A stretch of 32,000 nucleotides of DNA, from positions 270,001 to 302,000 of the forward strand of contig JAUWGH010000002.1 in NCBI GenBank assembly GCA_030606485.1, written 5' to 3'. The DNA is from Promethearchaeota archaeon (GTDB lineage Archaea > Asgardarchaeota > Lokiarchaeia > Sigyniarchaeales > SOKP01). The notes below the pieces were generated by a model. The model searched no databases, had not been told where the DNA came from, and was given only the letters and a program-made list of their open reading frames with translations. The position numbers and the translations under genes are program-made. Positions 17,977-27,606 of this stretch are shown here, one piece after another; position 1 is the first letter of the stretch, and every line of letters begins with the position of its first letter.

Positions 17977-18167
17977 ACTAAGAATAATGTAGATATCAAT
18001 CTTTTTTTTAAAAGAGAATTACTTATTAAGCTTCTTAATTTAAGTAACATTAAAAGATCTTTAAGAAAATACAAGTTTTTAGAGTCTAATTTAATAGAAT
18101 TTTGCAAAGAGATAATTTAATAAAGTTATCTTTATATTATTCTTAAGAAATTTAAAGTTCTAAAAAA
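17893..18167 (+). repeat. 275-bp direct repeat, copy 1 (last 27 codons of the 17620 gene plus downstream DNA)
   Basis: 17 mismatches versus 19266-19540 by manual alignment (~94%). Confidence 0.95.
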
Positions 18168-18190
18168 TAATTGTTTTCTCGAATGATACT

Positions 18191-18247
18191 TAATATTATT
18201 TAATCTTATTGAATCTTATTGAATATTATTTAATATTATTTAATATT
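18191..18247 (+). repeat. 10-bp tandem array, (T/G)AAT(A/C)TTATT x5.7
   Basis: taatattatt taatcttatt gaatcttatt gaatattatt taatattatt taatatt. Confidence 0.85.
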
Positions 18248-18541
18248 GAACAAATATGGAGAGATTTATTTATCAATTCTTCTCTTGCATAAAATCTAAC
18301 TAGACTTCGTGGATTGAACTCTCCTATTTTTGATCAATACATTTTTGTCATTAACTACATAATTTTGTAGGTATCATCATCAAGCTGGATTGGGTTGTTA
18401 ATCTTTGCTGAAATATGTAAATATTCAAATATATATTTCAATATTAATCCCATGATAAGTAACTTTAATAACAAACACATCCTATATTTATTTAATGAAT
18501 AAAATACATTATAATGATTTTAAAAAAGGAAGTGAATAAAA

Positions 18542-18706
18542 ATATCAGAAAAAAAAGAAGAGAAAGAAGAAATAAAACACATTTTAGTTACTAATTCAAT
18601 TCGAAGAAAACTGAAAGTTAAAGTTGCTCAGAAAGACAAATCAATAGTTCAAATAGTAGAAGAATTAATTTATAGGGATAAGAATAAAAATGCCCAAGAA
18701 GAATAA
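18542..18706 (+). CDS. Ribbon-helix-helix-like small protein (54 aa; ATA start or lost ATG)
   Basis: KHILV-TNSIRRKLKVKVAQ-KDKS-IVQIVEELI fits the beta-alpha-alpha pattern. SD-like AGGAAGTGA upstream; the frame is bounded by TGA at 18533 and has no ATG. Confidence 0.55.
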   Translation: MSEKKEEKEEIKHILVTNSIRRKLKVKVAQKDKSIVQIVEELIYRDKNKNAQEE

Positions 18707-18848
18707 AGAAGGGATAATTAAAAGTCTATTGGAATTAGGAGAAATCAAAATCCAAGAAGTATGGGGAATATATGAAGAAATTGAGAGAATAAAGAATAAT
18801 AAAAAAATTGAAAAAACTGCATACAAGTTGCATACAGGAGAATATTAA
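18690..18848 (+). CDS. Small hypothetical protein (52 aa, MPKKNKEGIIKSLLELGEIK...LHTGEY)
   Basis: ATG overlaps the previous ORF end by 17 nt; its stop overlaps the next ATG (TAATG). Confidence 0.6.
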   Translation: MPKKNKEGIIKSLLELGEIKIQEVWGIYEEIERIKNNKKIEKTAYKLHTGEY

Positions 18849-19123
18849 TGAAAATTTCAGGCACATATAAATTTCAGGTTAGCTTGAAAGAGAAGGAGGA
18901 TTGTGATTTATGTGAATTAGTTATGAATCACATAGAAGAATGTATGGAAAAAGATTCTCGGAAACGCCAAGGAAATAACATTTTTGTTAGAAGAAGCGGT
19001 AAAATAACAAATAGAGATATTCTTATTTGTTTAATGAACTATTATAAAAGATATGAAATGAAGAAGAAATCAGAATATTCTGATGATGTTAAGAGAATTG
19101 CTGAAAAAATGAATAATCCATAA
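18848..19123 (+). CDS. Small protein (91 aa) with CxxC and RHH-like spacing
   Basis: YKFQVSL strand, helix with CDLC, TNRDILICLMNYY helix; TAATG coupling. Confidence 0.65.
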   Translation: MKISGTYKFQVSLKEKEDCDLCELVMNHIEECMEKDSRKRQGNNIFVRRSGKITNRDILICLMNYYKRYEMKKKSEYSDDVKRIAEKMNNP

Positions 19124-19200
19124 AGAGTAAAAAAGAATATCTTATATCGAGTTGTCTTAACTTTTATGTTTCGTAAAAGTTTAATTTTATCACTTTCATA

Positions 19201-19245
19201 CTAATTGTATCCTAACTGCTTTCTAATTGCATCCTCAAAGGATAC
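19201..19245. repeat. Two 13-bp direct repeats CTAATTG(T/C)ATCCT at 22-bp spacing plus an inverted AGGATAC half-site
   Basis: 19201-19213, 19223-19235 and 19239-19245. Confidence 0.6.
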
Positions 19246-19265
19246 ATCTTGTATAGATATATATA

Positions 19266-19540
19266 ATTGTTAATTTACAAAATGAAAATAATCACCTTCG
19301 AAATGAGCTAGATAAATTAAAGAAAAGAACAATCACTGAACTTCATTAAACAAAGAATAATGTAAATATCAATCTTTATTTGAAAAGAGAATTACTTATT
19401 AAGCTTCTTAATTTAATTAATATTAAACGATCTTTAAGAAAATACAAGTTTCTAAAGTCTAATTTAATAGAATTTTACAAAGAGATAATTTAATAAAGTT
19501 ATCTTTATATTATTCTTAAGAAATTTAAAGTTCTAAAAAA
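19266..19540 (+). repeat. 275-bp direct repeat, copy 2 (orphan gene 3' end IVNLQNENNHLRNELDKLKKRTITELH*)
   Basis: ~94% identical to 17893-18167, followed by a local ~20-bp duplication TAAAGTTCTAAAAAATAGAA. Confidence 0.95.
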
Positions 19541-19612
19541 ATAGAATTCTTAAAGTTCTAAAAAATAGAAACATAATATATTTTATGCATATCTTAAAAA
19601 ATTTTGATTAAA

Positions 19613-20641
19613 ATGACTAAAAAAGGAATTGATAAGGAAAGAAAAAATAGAGAAGAGAGTTCGGAAGAGAAAATACTGACAGAGGAATATGTGGATAAAT
19701 TTAAAATAATAGCAGAAAATATTCATAAAACATATCTTCTTGGTACTACAGCGGTTGCAGCCTTGAGAGGTGTAGATCTTAATGTCAAAGATCAAGATTT
19801 TGTAATCATTATGGGTCCAAGTGGAAGCGGAAAAACAACGTTATTAAATCTTATAGGGGGATTAGATACTCCAACACGGGGGAAGATCTTTTTAGAAGGC
19901 CAGAATATAAGTATGCTTTCTGATAATCAGTTAGCTGATATTAGAAGAGATAAGATTGGTTATGTGTTTCAATTTTATAATTTGTTACCCCAAATGACAG
20001 CTTTAGAAAATATTATGGTCCCGCTTCATTTTGCAGGTAAATTTAGCCGTAGGGGTAAGCAAAAGAGAGCTATGGATTTACTTGAAATGGTTGACCTTGA
20101 TGAACGAGCACATCATACACCTTCAGAGTTATCTGGTGGAGAACAGCAGCGGGTTGCAATAGCACGGGCATTCGCAAATGATCCAGCAATATGTGTCCTA
20201 GATGAACCTACGGGTGATTTGGATAGTAAGACGGGTCAGATGGTAATGAATTTATTACGAGATTTAAATAAGAGGGGTGCAACATTTGTTGCAGTAACAC
20301 ATGATGCGAAAGTAGCAGAATTTGGAACAACAACACTTCATATGCTTGATGGCAAGATTGTAGAAGAAAGAATTGCGGATGGGCTCAAAGAAACAAGAAT
20401 GATGAAAAAGATACGACAAACTGAAGCAGAAGCAAATAAATCTAAGTGTGAGTCTCATATATTTAAATATCTTTTTAAAAATCAAGGGCAAACCGAGTAT
20501 ACTATTTCCATAATAAAGCAATCAATTCCGAAACCAATTCTTGATAATATTCCTTTGCATTTTAATGATATTCTCCAAGGAATGATAGATGATGGAAAAT
20601 TGCCCGGAAAGGTTCAAGGTCAAATGCTTATATTTGGATGA
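19613..20641 (+). CDS. ABC ATPase, LolD/MacB/FtsE family, with ~90-aa C-terminal extension (start re-called to ATG 19613)
   Basis: [46 protein letters not shown]. Confidence 0.92.
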   Translation: MTKKGIDKERKNREESSEEKILTEEYVDKFKIIAENIHKTYLLGTTAVAALRGVDLNVKDQDFVIIMGPSGSGKTTLLNLIGGLDTPTRGKIFLEGQNISMLSDNQLADIRRDKIGYVFQFYNLLPQMTALENIMVPLHFAGKFSRRGKQKRAMDLLEMVDLDERAHHTPSELSGGEQQRVAIARAFANDPAICVLDEPTGDLDSKTGQMVMNLLRDLNKRGATFVAVTHDAKVAEFGTTTLHMLDGKIVEERIADGLKETRMMKKIRQTEAEANKSKCESHIFKYLFKNQGQTEYTISIIKQSIPKPILDNIPLHFNDILQGMIDDGKLPGKVQGQMLIFG

Positions 20642-20726
20642 TTTATATTTTTCATTAAAACTAACTAAATGTTATATTTAATTCTTAAACTAAAAAATCG
20701 AATGATGAATAAAGAATAGGAACATA

Positions 20727-23714
20727 ATGACAAATATTAAGACAATTTTATCTTATAGCTTTAGAGACCTTCGCCGTCAGAAAGTTCGGGCTTTTTTAGG
20801 TATTTTCGGTGTTATGATTTCTGTAGCTTTACTTACTATAGTTTTATTTTTATCTGATAGTATCTCAACATCTTTTATTGATTATCTTACTACAGATGCA
20901 GGGAATCAAGATATTAATATTTCAGTGCGTCACTATGACACCGAACCAGAAAATAGATCTAGCTATTTCAAGTATGCTGAAATGAGCGAAAACATCTTGA
21001 AAAATGTTTCAAAAATTAAGAACTGTATTCCAAGATTTGAATTATATTCAGAAGTTAATGAAACGGCAAATTTCTCTACAATGGAAACAATCAATGTCAG
21101 ACGTGGAGCAAGGATTATTGGAATTAATTTCACACTTGAAAATGAGATAAAATTTGGTTCTTTTGAAAAAGATGAAGAACCAATGATAATTGAAGGATTA
21201 GAGCTTTATCATTTCATGGTTTATGAGACATTTAATGAAAATTTAAGATTAATAGGAGGGGACACAGTTAATTTCACGATATTTTATGATAATGGATCAG
21301 ATTGGATAGAAAAAAATATCACTTTAATTTTTGACGGTATTTTTAATTTTGAAATAAAATTTCCATCAAATTATCGGGGGCATACTATAATTTTAAGCCT
21401 TGAAACAGTTTATGCAATGCTAGGTGAAGAAGATTATGAGGGACAATGTTCCCAATTAATTTGTACTTTTGAAGAGGGAGAAATTATATATGATATTAGG
21501 GATGTAGAGACTTCATATTATAATGTAAAAACAATAGCTGAAGATATCCAATATCTTGTCGGTTTTGATTATTATATAGATTTACCGAAACTTGAATATC
21601 TAGGATTTAGTGAATTTCTTTCAGTTGCTCTTTCTATAATTTTCGTTTTTATCTCCATTATATCTATGCTTATAGCTGGCATATTAATAAATGGAATTTT
21701 ATCAACTTCTGTGGAAGAAAGAATAAGGGAATTTGGCGTTTTCCGAACTTTAGGCGCACATAAAGTATTTAATCTATTTATTGTTTTAGGACAAGGACTT
21801 ATATTATGCCTTATTGGAACAACTTTAGGTATTATATTAGCGATTTTTGGAACTCAATTAATGTTAATTATAGTCAACATAATTTTTTCTGACTTAGTTG
21901 GGTCATTTTTAGCTGGTGGATTGGTTTTTTCATATTCTATTAATTCCATTTTAATATCGTATATAATGGGGATAATTGTTAGCTTAATGGTTAGTATAAC
22001 TCCTGCAATTAAAGTTATGAAATTACAAATAGTTGAGGCAATAAATCCTTACCGGAGAGAGGATGTTTTATATCATTTAAGAAAAAAATCCTCAGTTAAT
22101 TATAAATTAATATTAGTAGGCATTATATTAGCATCAAATGGTGGATTTATATATTTAGTCATACCTCAATTACTTCTTACTATGGATTTTGCTCTTATAG
22201 CAGGAGTTCTAATCGCAATTTTATTACTCTTTTTAATAGGGTTAACATTAGCCGGTTTGGGGTTAATGCCAGTAATATTAAATATTGTAATCAATCTTTT
22301 TAGACCTCTTTCAAGAAAACTCCATTATATTATTAAGATATTTGTTAATAGATTTCAAAGGAGAAACAGTAACACTGTTGTAATGTTCGCCTTTTCATTT
22401 TCTTTTGTCATATTTACATCTACCTTATTAGGATCTTTACAGGGTCAAATTGCAGATATGCAAAAGATCAATACCGGAGCAAGTTTAGTTGTGAGAACAA
22501 CTACTTTTAGTAGCGAAGGTGGAGGTGGAGGTATGTTTGGAGGCGGGGGTATGTTTGGAGGCGGAGGTTTTGGCTTATTTACTGAAACAAATAATGTTCA
22601 TGGAATTCATATTTCTAACGAGATTGATCCAATAAGCACACTTACAACGGAATTTCAACAAGAACTTATGACAATAGAAGGAATTGAACGAACATCTTCA
22701 GTAATCGTAAGTCCAAATCAATTATCGCAAGTTTATGTGGAAATTGGTAAGGAATTTGATGCAGATATTGCTGATTATGTTGGTTTTCAATCACATACGA
22801 TAAGTTTATATGGAATTGATGAACATTACAAATCTACTATCTTTATAGAGGAAGTAAAATTTTCACAAGGGGATATTTCTAGTTTTGATAAATTGTTTGA
22901 AACAGATAAAAACTATTGCATAATATCTGAAGCCATAGTACAATCCTTAGATTTTAGATTAGGAGAAGAAATTAGAATCACTTTTACAAGAGGAGATGAG
23001 ATTGAATATGTTCCTTTTTTCATTGCAGGAATCGCCAATACTATGCCAGGTTTTTCAAGATTTAAATCTTCAGTGTCAGCAGCAAACCGTGGAGGTGTTT
23101 TGATAGCTCAAGAAAATTTTATTGAATATATGGATATTCCTGAGCCTGCATTTATTGATAAAATATTTATTAAACTTACTGATAAAAAATTACCCCAAAT
23201 AGATCAAATTGAAGTAGAAATCGAAAACAAATTTGAATCAAATTATGATTTCTATATTACAAATGTAGAACGATCTATAAGAAATCAAGAACAGACCTTT
23301 AGGTACCTTAACATGCTTTTCCAATTAATAACAATGGCGACGGTTGTAATCTGTTTATTTGGATTGCTTTCTGCATCATATTCTACAATCTTAGAAAGAA
23401 AGAAAGAGATTGCAATAGTAAGAACCTTAGGATTAAAAGGTAATAGTGTTAATCGAATGTTCATAATTGAGGCATTTATTATAATGATTTCTTCTGGAGC
23501 TATTGGAGTTTTAGTGGGTTGGCTTACAGCATGGTTATTGACATCAAATATGACAACATTTACTGATATGCCATTTCATGGTTCTTTCCCATGGGATTCA
23601 TTATTTTTAGTTTATGGATTGTGCTCAATTGTTACTTTTATTGGAATGCATATTTTATTAAAAAAGGTCCGAACGGGAAATATTATCGAAATTTATAGAG
23701 AGTCAGGGGTATGA
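20727..23714 (+). CDS. FtsX/MacB-family ABC permease, internally duplicated (two 4-TM units with large extracellular domains)
   Basis: ERIREFGVFRTLGA and ERKKEIAIVRTLGL motifs; 995 aa. Confidence 0.92.
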   Translation: MTNIKTILSYSFRDLRRQKVRAFLGIFGVMISVALLTIVLFLSDSISTSFIDYLTTDAGNQDINISVRHYDTEPENRSSYFKYAEMSENILKNVSKIKNCIPRFELYSEVNETANFSTMETINVRRGARIIGINFTLENEIKFGSFEKDEEPMIIEGLELYHFMVYETFNENLRLIGGDTVNFTIFYDNGSDWIEKNITLIFDGIFNFEIKFPSNYRGHTIILSLETVYAMLGEEDYEGQCSQLICTFEEGEIIYDIRDVETSYYNVKTIAEDIQYLVGFDYYIDLPKLEYLGFSEFLSVALSIIFVFISIISMLIAGILINGILSTSVEERIREFGVFRTLGAHKVFNLFIVLGQGLILCLIGTTLGIILAIFGTQLMLIIVNIIFSDLVGSFLAGGLVFSYSINSILISYIMGIIVSLMVSITPAIKVMKLQIVEAINPYRREDVLYHLRKKSSVNYKLILVGIILASNGGFIYLVIPQLLLTMDFALIAGVLIAILLLFLIGLTLAGLGLMPVILNIVINLFRPLSRKLHYIIKIFVNRFQRRNSNTVVMFAFSFSFVIFTSTLLGSLQGQIADMQKINTGASLVVRTTTFSSEGGGGGMFGGGGMFGGGGFGLFTETNNVHGIHISNEIDPISTLTTEFQQELMTIEGIERTSSVIVSPNQLSQVYVEIGKEFDADIADYVGFQSHTISLYGIDEHYKSTIFIEEVKFSQGDISSFDKLFETDKNYCIISEAIVQSLDFRLGEEIRITFTRGDEIEYVPFFIAGIANTMPGFSRFKSSVSAANRGGVLIAQENFIEYMDIPEPAFIDKIFIKLTDKKLPQIDQIEVEIENKFESNYDFYITNVERSIRNQEQTFRYLNMLFQLITMATVVICLFGLLSASYSTILERKKEIAIVRTLGLKGNSVNRMFIIEAFIIMISSGAIGVLVGWLTAWLLTSNMTTFTDMPFHGSFPWDSLFLVYGLCSIVTFIGMHILLKKVRTGNIIEIYRESGV
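22530..22565 (+). repeat. 18-nt in-frame tandem repeat (GMFGGG)x2
   Basis: GGTATGTTTGGAGGCGG(G/A) twice, within GGGGGMFGGGGMFGGGGFGLF. Confidence 0.85.
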
Positions 23715-23763
23715 AATTCTAAAATTAATATAAACAAAATGAGAGGAAGGTAATAGGAATAAA

Positions 23764-26700
23764 GTGATGTTTAAAAACAAAAAGAATCGAATATTAGGGT
23801 TTGCATTGGTTATTTTAATGTTAAATATACCTAATTTTATTCTTTTTGGAACAGTTGATAGTTATTATAATAATGAAAATATTGCAGATAAGCATTTCAA
23901 CGATGATAATATTCAAGATTTAAAAAAATCAGATGTTGCTGGTTCCGAATTATATTCCGAACAGATAAATGCATATGTGGCAGGGGCTAAAAGTATAATC
24001 CAACAATCTCTCTTTACTAATGATAGTAATATTTTTCCAAACATGGATTTTAATGATCCAGCTTTTTATCTCTGCACCATGATGTTAACTGCTTCAAATG
24101 GAAAAGTATCCGAAATATTTCCTTCTATTTTAGGTGAAAATGTTTTCAGTTCTCAACTTTCACTATCCCATAATTCATTTTTTGGTTTTTTATTTTATGA
24201 GGAAGAAATTGAACATGAAGATGCACAGAAAAGAGCAGAGAGGGCATTCAAAATTATTAAAAATTTATTTGAAATAGATTTATTTAGAATTGATACCTCT
24301 GAAAAAAACTTTTTCCCCTTTATCGGGTATTATCCCAATTGGGAAATTGTATTAAATAGACTTTATGCGAATCTTCCGAAGGACGGTTACTGGAAAGCGC
24401 TTGATTTAGATCGCTTATTGAGTAATGAATATTTAGAAAAACAACACTTAAGTTTCTCAATTCTTTTATTAAATTCGTTGGAAATCTATAATGAAGGTAT
24501 TAATATCACATCATCTCAATTTAATTACGATATTTCTGATTATGCTTTACCGTTCTTAGAAACATTTAATATGGGTGAATCTAATGAAACTACAGAAGGA
24601 TTAGAAGGTCTGTTCGGTGGATTTGGAGAATTCTTAGGTATTGAAGATCTTAATCAGACTTTTTTGGAGGGTTTTGATGCAATTTTAGGATCAGGTGGAG
24701 GAATGTTGGATGAAAACAATCGATATATAACGATGAAAATCCAATATGAAGGAAACCCTGAAGGAATTGAAAAAATTACTGGTTCTAACAATTATACTTT
24801 TGATTTATTTAAAGCAATGGGATATAATGAAACCACTTTATATCCTAGTGAGAAAATGTTTATCGCCATTATTGGAACTTTCATGAGTGAAATTGAGGTT
24901 AATATTCTTTCCACAGACATAATAGATGTATCTCCTAAAAATTTTCAATTTTCGGATGATCTGATTGAAGACCTCGAAGAAATAATTTGGTTAACAGATG
25001 TAGATTTTGATATAAATTCATTAAAAAATTATGAATTTATTCCAAACTGGGTAAATATTTTAGGAGTTAATAAACTATACACGCTTCCGATTAACCCAGT
25101 AAATGAATCAGATATTATTAATTTCTTAGATATAATTGGATTTGATGGATTACCTTATATCTTGACAGGTTTGTTAAATCCAATTGAATCTATAATTGTT
25201 AGTTATTCTGTTGCAAATTCAGAACCGAATTTAAGAATTACAAAAATTGTTGAAAATGCTTCCTATGGGATTGATCGTACATTTCAAATAAATATTACTG
25301 CAGAAAATGTCGGAAACACTACTGCATGGGGTGTACCAACTAAATTACCTGTAGATTACGAAGAATTACTCAATGCAGTTTTTTTTTTACCAGGTAGTAG
25401 GGAGGATATAGAAGATTATTTTGAAGAAAGTTTGATAACACTTCTAAATTTAGATGAAGATCCAAGACTGTTTCACTTTGATTCTTCTAGTATTGGAACA
25501 ACAGATACTTTTTATCCTAATATAACCAATCTTTTACCATATAATGAAGAATTCGTTGAATATTTAGTAGATCATCCACCCTATAACATTTATGCTCCTT
25601 TTTTTAATAATTCTGATAGTATTTTCAATGAAGAAAATTGGAAACTGGAACCAGGAGAATCAATTTCTTACACACTTACTAACATATCAATTGAAAATTT
25701 AGATACATATACACCATTTGCAACTAATAATTTTATTGAAAACGAGGAAATTCCACTTCCTGCAATAAATTATGGATCAACTCATATAGGCACTAAACCA
25801 AATAATGCTCATACTCAAGATGGAATTGATTGGATCATAGATTCGGAGGAAAAAATTGTAGATTATCATATTATTGATATTGATTTTGTATTTGAAAACA
25901 AGTCTTTTATTGATCTAACAAATAATATATTAAATAGTGTTAGAATTTATATGAATGCTACTTCTGATGGTTTTTCCGAAGATGTTTCTTTTAATTTTTA
26001 TAATTTTACATCAGAACGACTGGAAAATATTACAGAGATTTCAAGTGACAATAACACATATATTTTCGGATTTATCGATGATGAAATTAATGGATTATTT
26101 GATCCCGCATCAAATAATCACACCCTATTTTTTAATTTAAAAATTATATCCAATGATACTTTTAATTTATCAATTGATAGTATTTACGTTAATTTTTCAT
26201 TTAGAGAAATTGTTCCTTACCTCGTACAATCTGCAAAAGTATCTTATAGTAGTGAATTGGGACTAGTTACTTATTCTGCTACTTCAAATAATTTATATCT
26301 TAGCACATATAATATGTCTTCAATTTTAGCAATTGCATCCTTGGAAAATTATGCATCATATCCTGGTCAAGAAAATACATATTTTGTGGAGCTCACAAAT
26401 ATTGGAAGTATGAATGCTGAGAATGTTTATTTTTCTATGCCTATACCAGGGATAATTAAAAATAAAAATTCTTTTCAAGTAAAGAATGGCACAATAACTC
26501 AAAAAATGACAGAAATTAATCCAGGTCAAACAATTAAATTAAGTTTTACATTTTATTCTCCAAATTCAATAAATATTTTGAACAGTACTGTTGTTTTTAA
26601 AAATCAAAAAATTATGAATGAAAGCCAATCTTCATTGACTATCCATTCCAACGATGTTTATATTTCAGCTCCTATTGATTATGAGAATCGTTATCCTTTT

Positions 26701-27606
26701 TTGCACATAATTAAAATCAATTATTCAACAAATAATACTCACCCTAAATTAAACGATTTTATTAATTTATCTATACAAATTGAGAATCAAGGACCCGCAA
26801 ATTTTGATATTCCTGATATCTTAATTGAAATATCTGACAATATCGAAGGATTAAAACGTTTAGATAATGATACTTTAGATATTACTGACTTATCTTGGAA
26901 AGAAACTAAAGTAATGTCGATGATCTTCCAAAAGACATCTTATAGAGGATATTATTACCCACCGATAAATGTTATTTTAGGCTCCGAATGCTCCACTTTA
27001 CGAATTATTACATCTATACCAATTATATTAGGCTATTTTGATTTTGAGATTAATAAGAATGTTTCTGAAGAACAAGTGATTATTGGTAAGGAAATATATG
27101 TAACGGTTGAAATTATTAATATGGGGAATATTGCAGCACAAAATGTTTCATTAGATGATATGAATAGTTTTTTTCAACAGCAATTTTATTTGATTGAGGG
27201 CACCTTGGTTCATTTCATTCAAGTTCTTGAGCCAGGAGAAACATTCACATTTTCTTACACAATAATAGGAAAAGAACAAGGAGAACATAATCTATCCGCT
27301 GCTTGCATTGATTATTATTATTTAATTAAGAGACCCGTTGAATCTAATTCTATTCAAATGAAAATTATTTTAGATCCAAATATGCAGAGACTATCTATAA
27401 TCATTCCATGTGTAATTGTTCTATTTTTTATCGGATCTTACGGATTTCTGAAAAAACGGTATAGATCAAATATGCTTGAGAAAAAAAGAAATGAAGATGA
27501 GATTTTAAATGCAACTAAATTTACGACTATTTTAAGGCATAAAGAGACTTTAAATGATTCATTAGAAAGAGTGAATACACTCTACGGAGGTAAATCAAGA
27601 AAATGA
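23764..27606 (+). CDS. Large membrane-anchored cell-surface protein with several DUF11/CARDB-like Ig domains
   Basis: N-terminal basic-hydrophobic signal; four segments of the type V/I-x-x-x-N-x-G (ITAENVG, VELTNIG, IQIENQG, VEIINMG); many N-x-S/T sequons; C-terminal TM followed by KKRYR and a ~45-aa tail. Confidence 0.75.
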   Translation: MMFKNKKNRILGFALVILMLNIPNFILFGTVDSYYNNENIADKHFNDDNIQDLKKSDVAGSELYSEQINAYVAGAKSIIQQSLFTNDSNIFPNMDFNDPAFYLCTMMLTASNGKVSEIFPSILGENVFSSQLSLSHNSFFGFLFYEEEIEHEDAQKRAERAFKIIKNLFEIDLFRIDTSEKNFFPFIGYYPNWEIVLNRLYANLPKDGYWKALDLDRLLSNEYLEKQHLSFSILLLNSLEIYNEGINITSSQFNYDISDYALPFLETFNMGESNETTEGLEGLFGGFGEFLGIEDLNQTFLEGFDAILGSGGGMLDENNRYITMKIQYEGNPEGIEKITGSNNYTFDLFKAMGYNETTLYPSEKMFIAIIGTFMSEIEVNILSTDIIDVSPKNFQFSDDLIEDLEEIIWLTDVDFDINSLKNYEFIPNWVNILGVNKLYTLPINPVNESDIINFLDIIGFDGLPYILTGLLNPIESIIVSYSVANSEPNLRITKIVENASYGIDRTFQINITAENVGNTTAWGVPTKLPVDYEELLNAVFFLPGSREDIEDYFEESLITLLNLDEDPRLFHFDSSSIGTTDTFYPNITNLLPYNEEFVEYLVDHPPYNIYAPFFNNSDSIFNEENWKLEPGESISYTLTNISIENLDTYTPFATNNFIENEEIPLPAINYGSTHIGTKPNNAHTQDGIDWIIDSEEKIVDYHIIDIDFVFENKSFIDLTNNILNSVRIYMNATSDGFSEDVSFNFYNFTSERLENITEISSDNNTYIFGFIDDEINGLFDPASNNHTLFFNLKIISNDTFNLSIDSIYVNFSFREIVPYLVQSAKVSYSSELGLVTYSATSNNLYLSTYNMSSILAIASLENYASYPGQENTYFVELTNIGSMNAENVYFSMPIPGIIKNKNSFQVKNGTITQKMTEINPGQTIKLSFTFYSPNSINILNSTVVFKNQKIMNESQSSLTIHSNDVYISAPIDYENRYPFLHIIKINYSTNNTHPKLNDFINLSIQIENQGPANFDIPDILIEISDNIEGLKRLDNDTLDITDLSWKETKVMSMIFQKTSYRGYYYPPINVILGSECSTLRIITSIPIILGYFDFEINKNVSEEQVIIGKEIYVTVEIINMGNIAAQNVSLDDMNSFFQQQFYLIEGTLVHFIQVLEPGETFTFSYTIIGKEQGEHNLSAACIDYYYLIKRPVESNSIQMKIILDPNMQRLSIIIPCVIVLFFIGSYGFLKKRYRSNMLEKKRNEDEILNATKFTTILRHKETLNDSLERVNTLYGGKSRK

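Larger units (their letters stand above)
18168..19265. mobile_element. Putative integrated mini-element or plasmid/virus remnant
   Basis: Bracketed by 275-bp direct repeats; three overlapping small ORFs; tandem repeats near both ends; no recombinase. Confidence 0.55.

Noticed and set aside
18250-18455. Divergent minus-strand ORF in the mini-element (MGLILKYIFEY..., 32 aa, plus fragments)
   Set aside because: Too short and broken to support; may be a relic but nothing identifies it.
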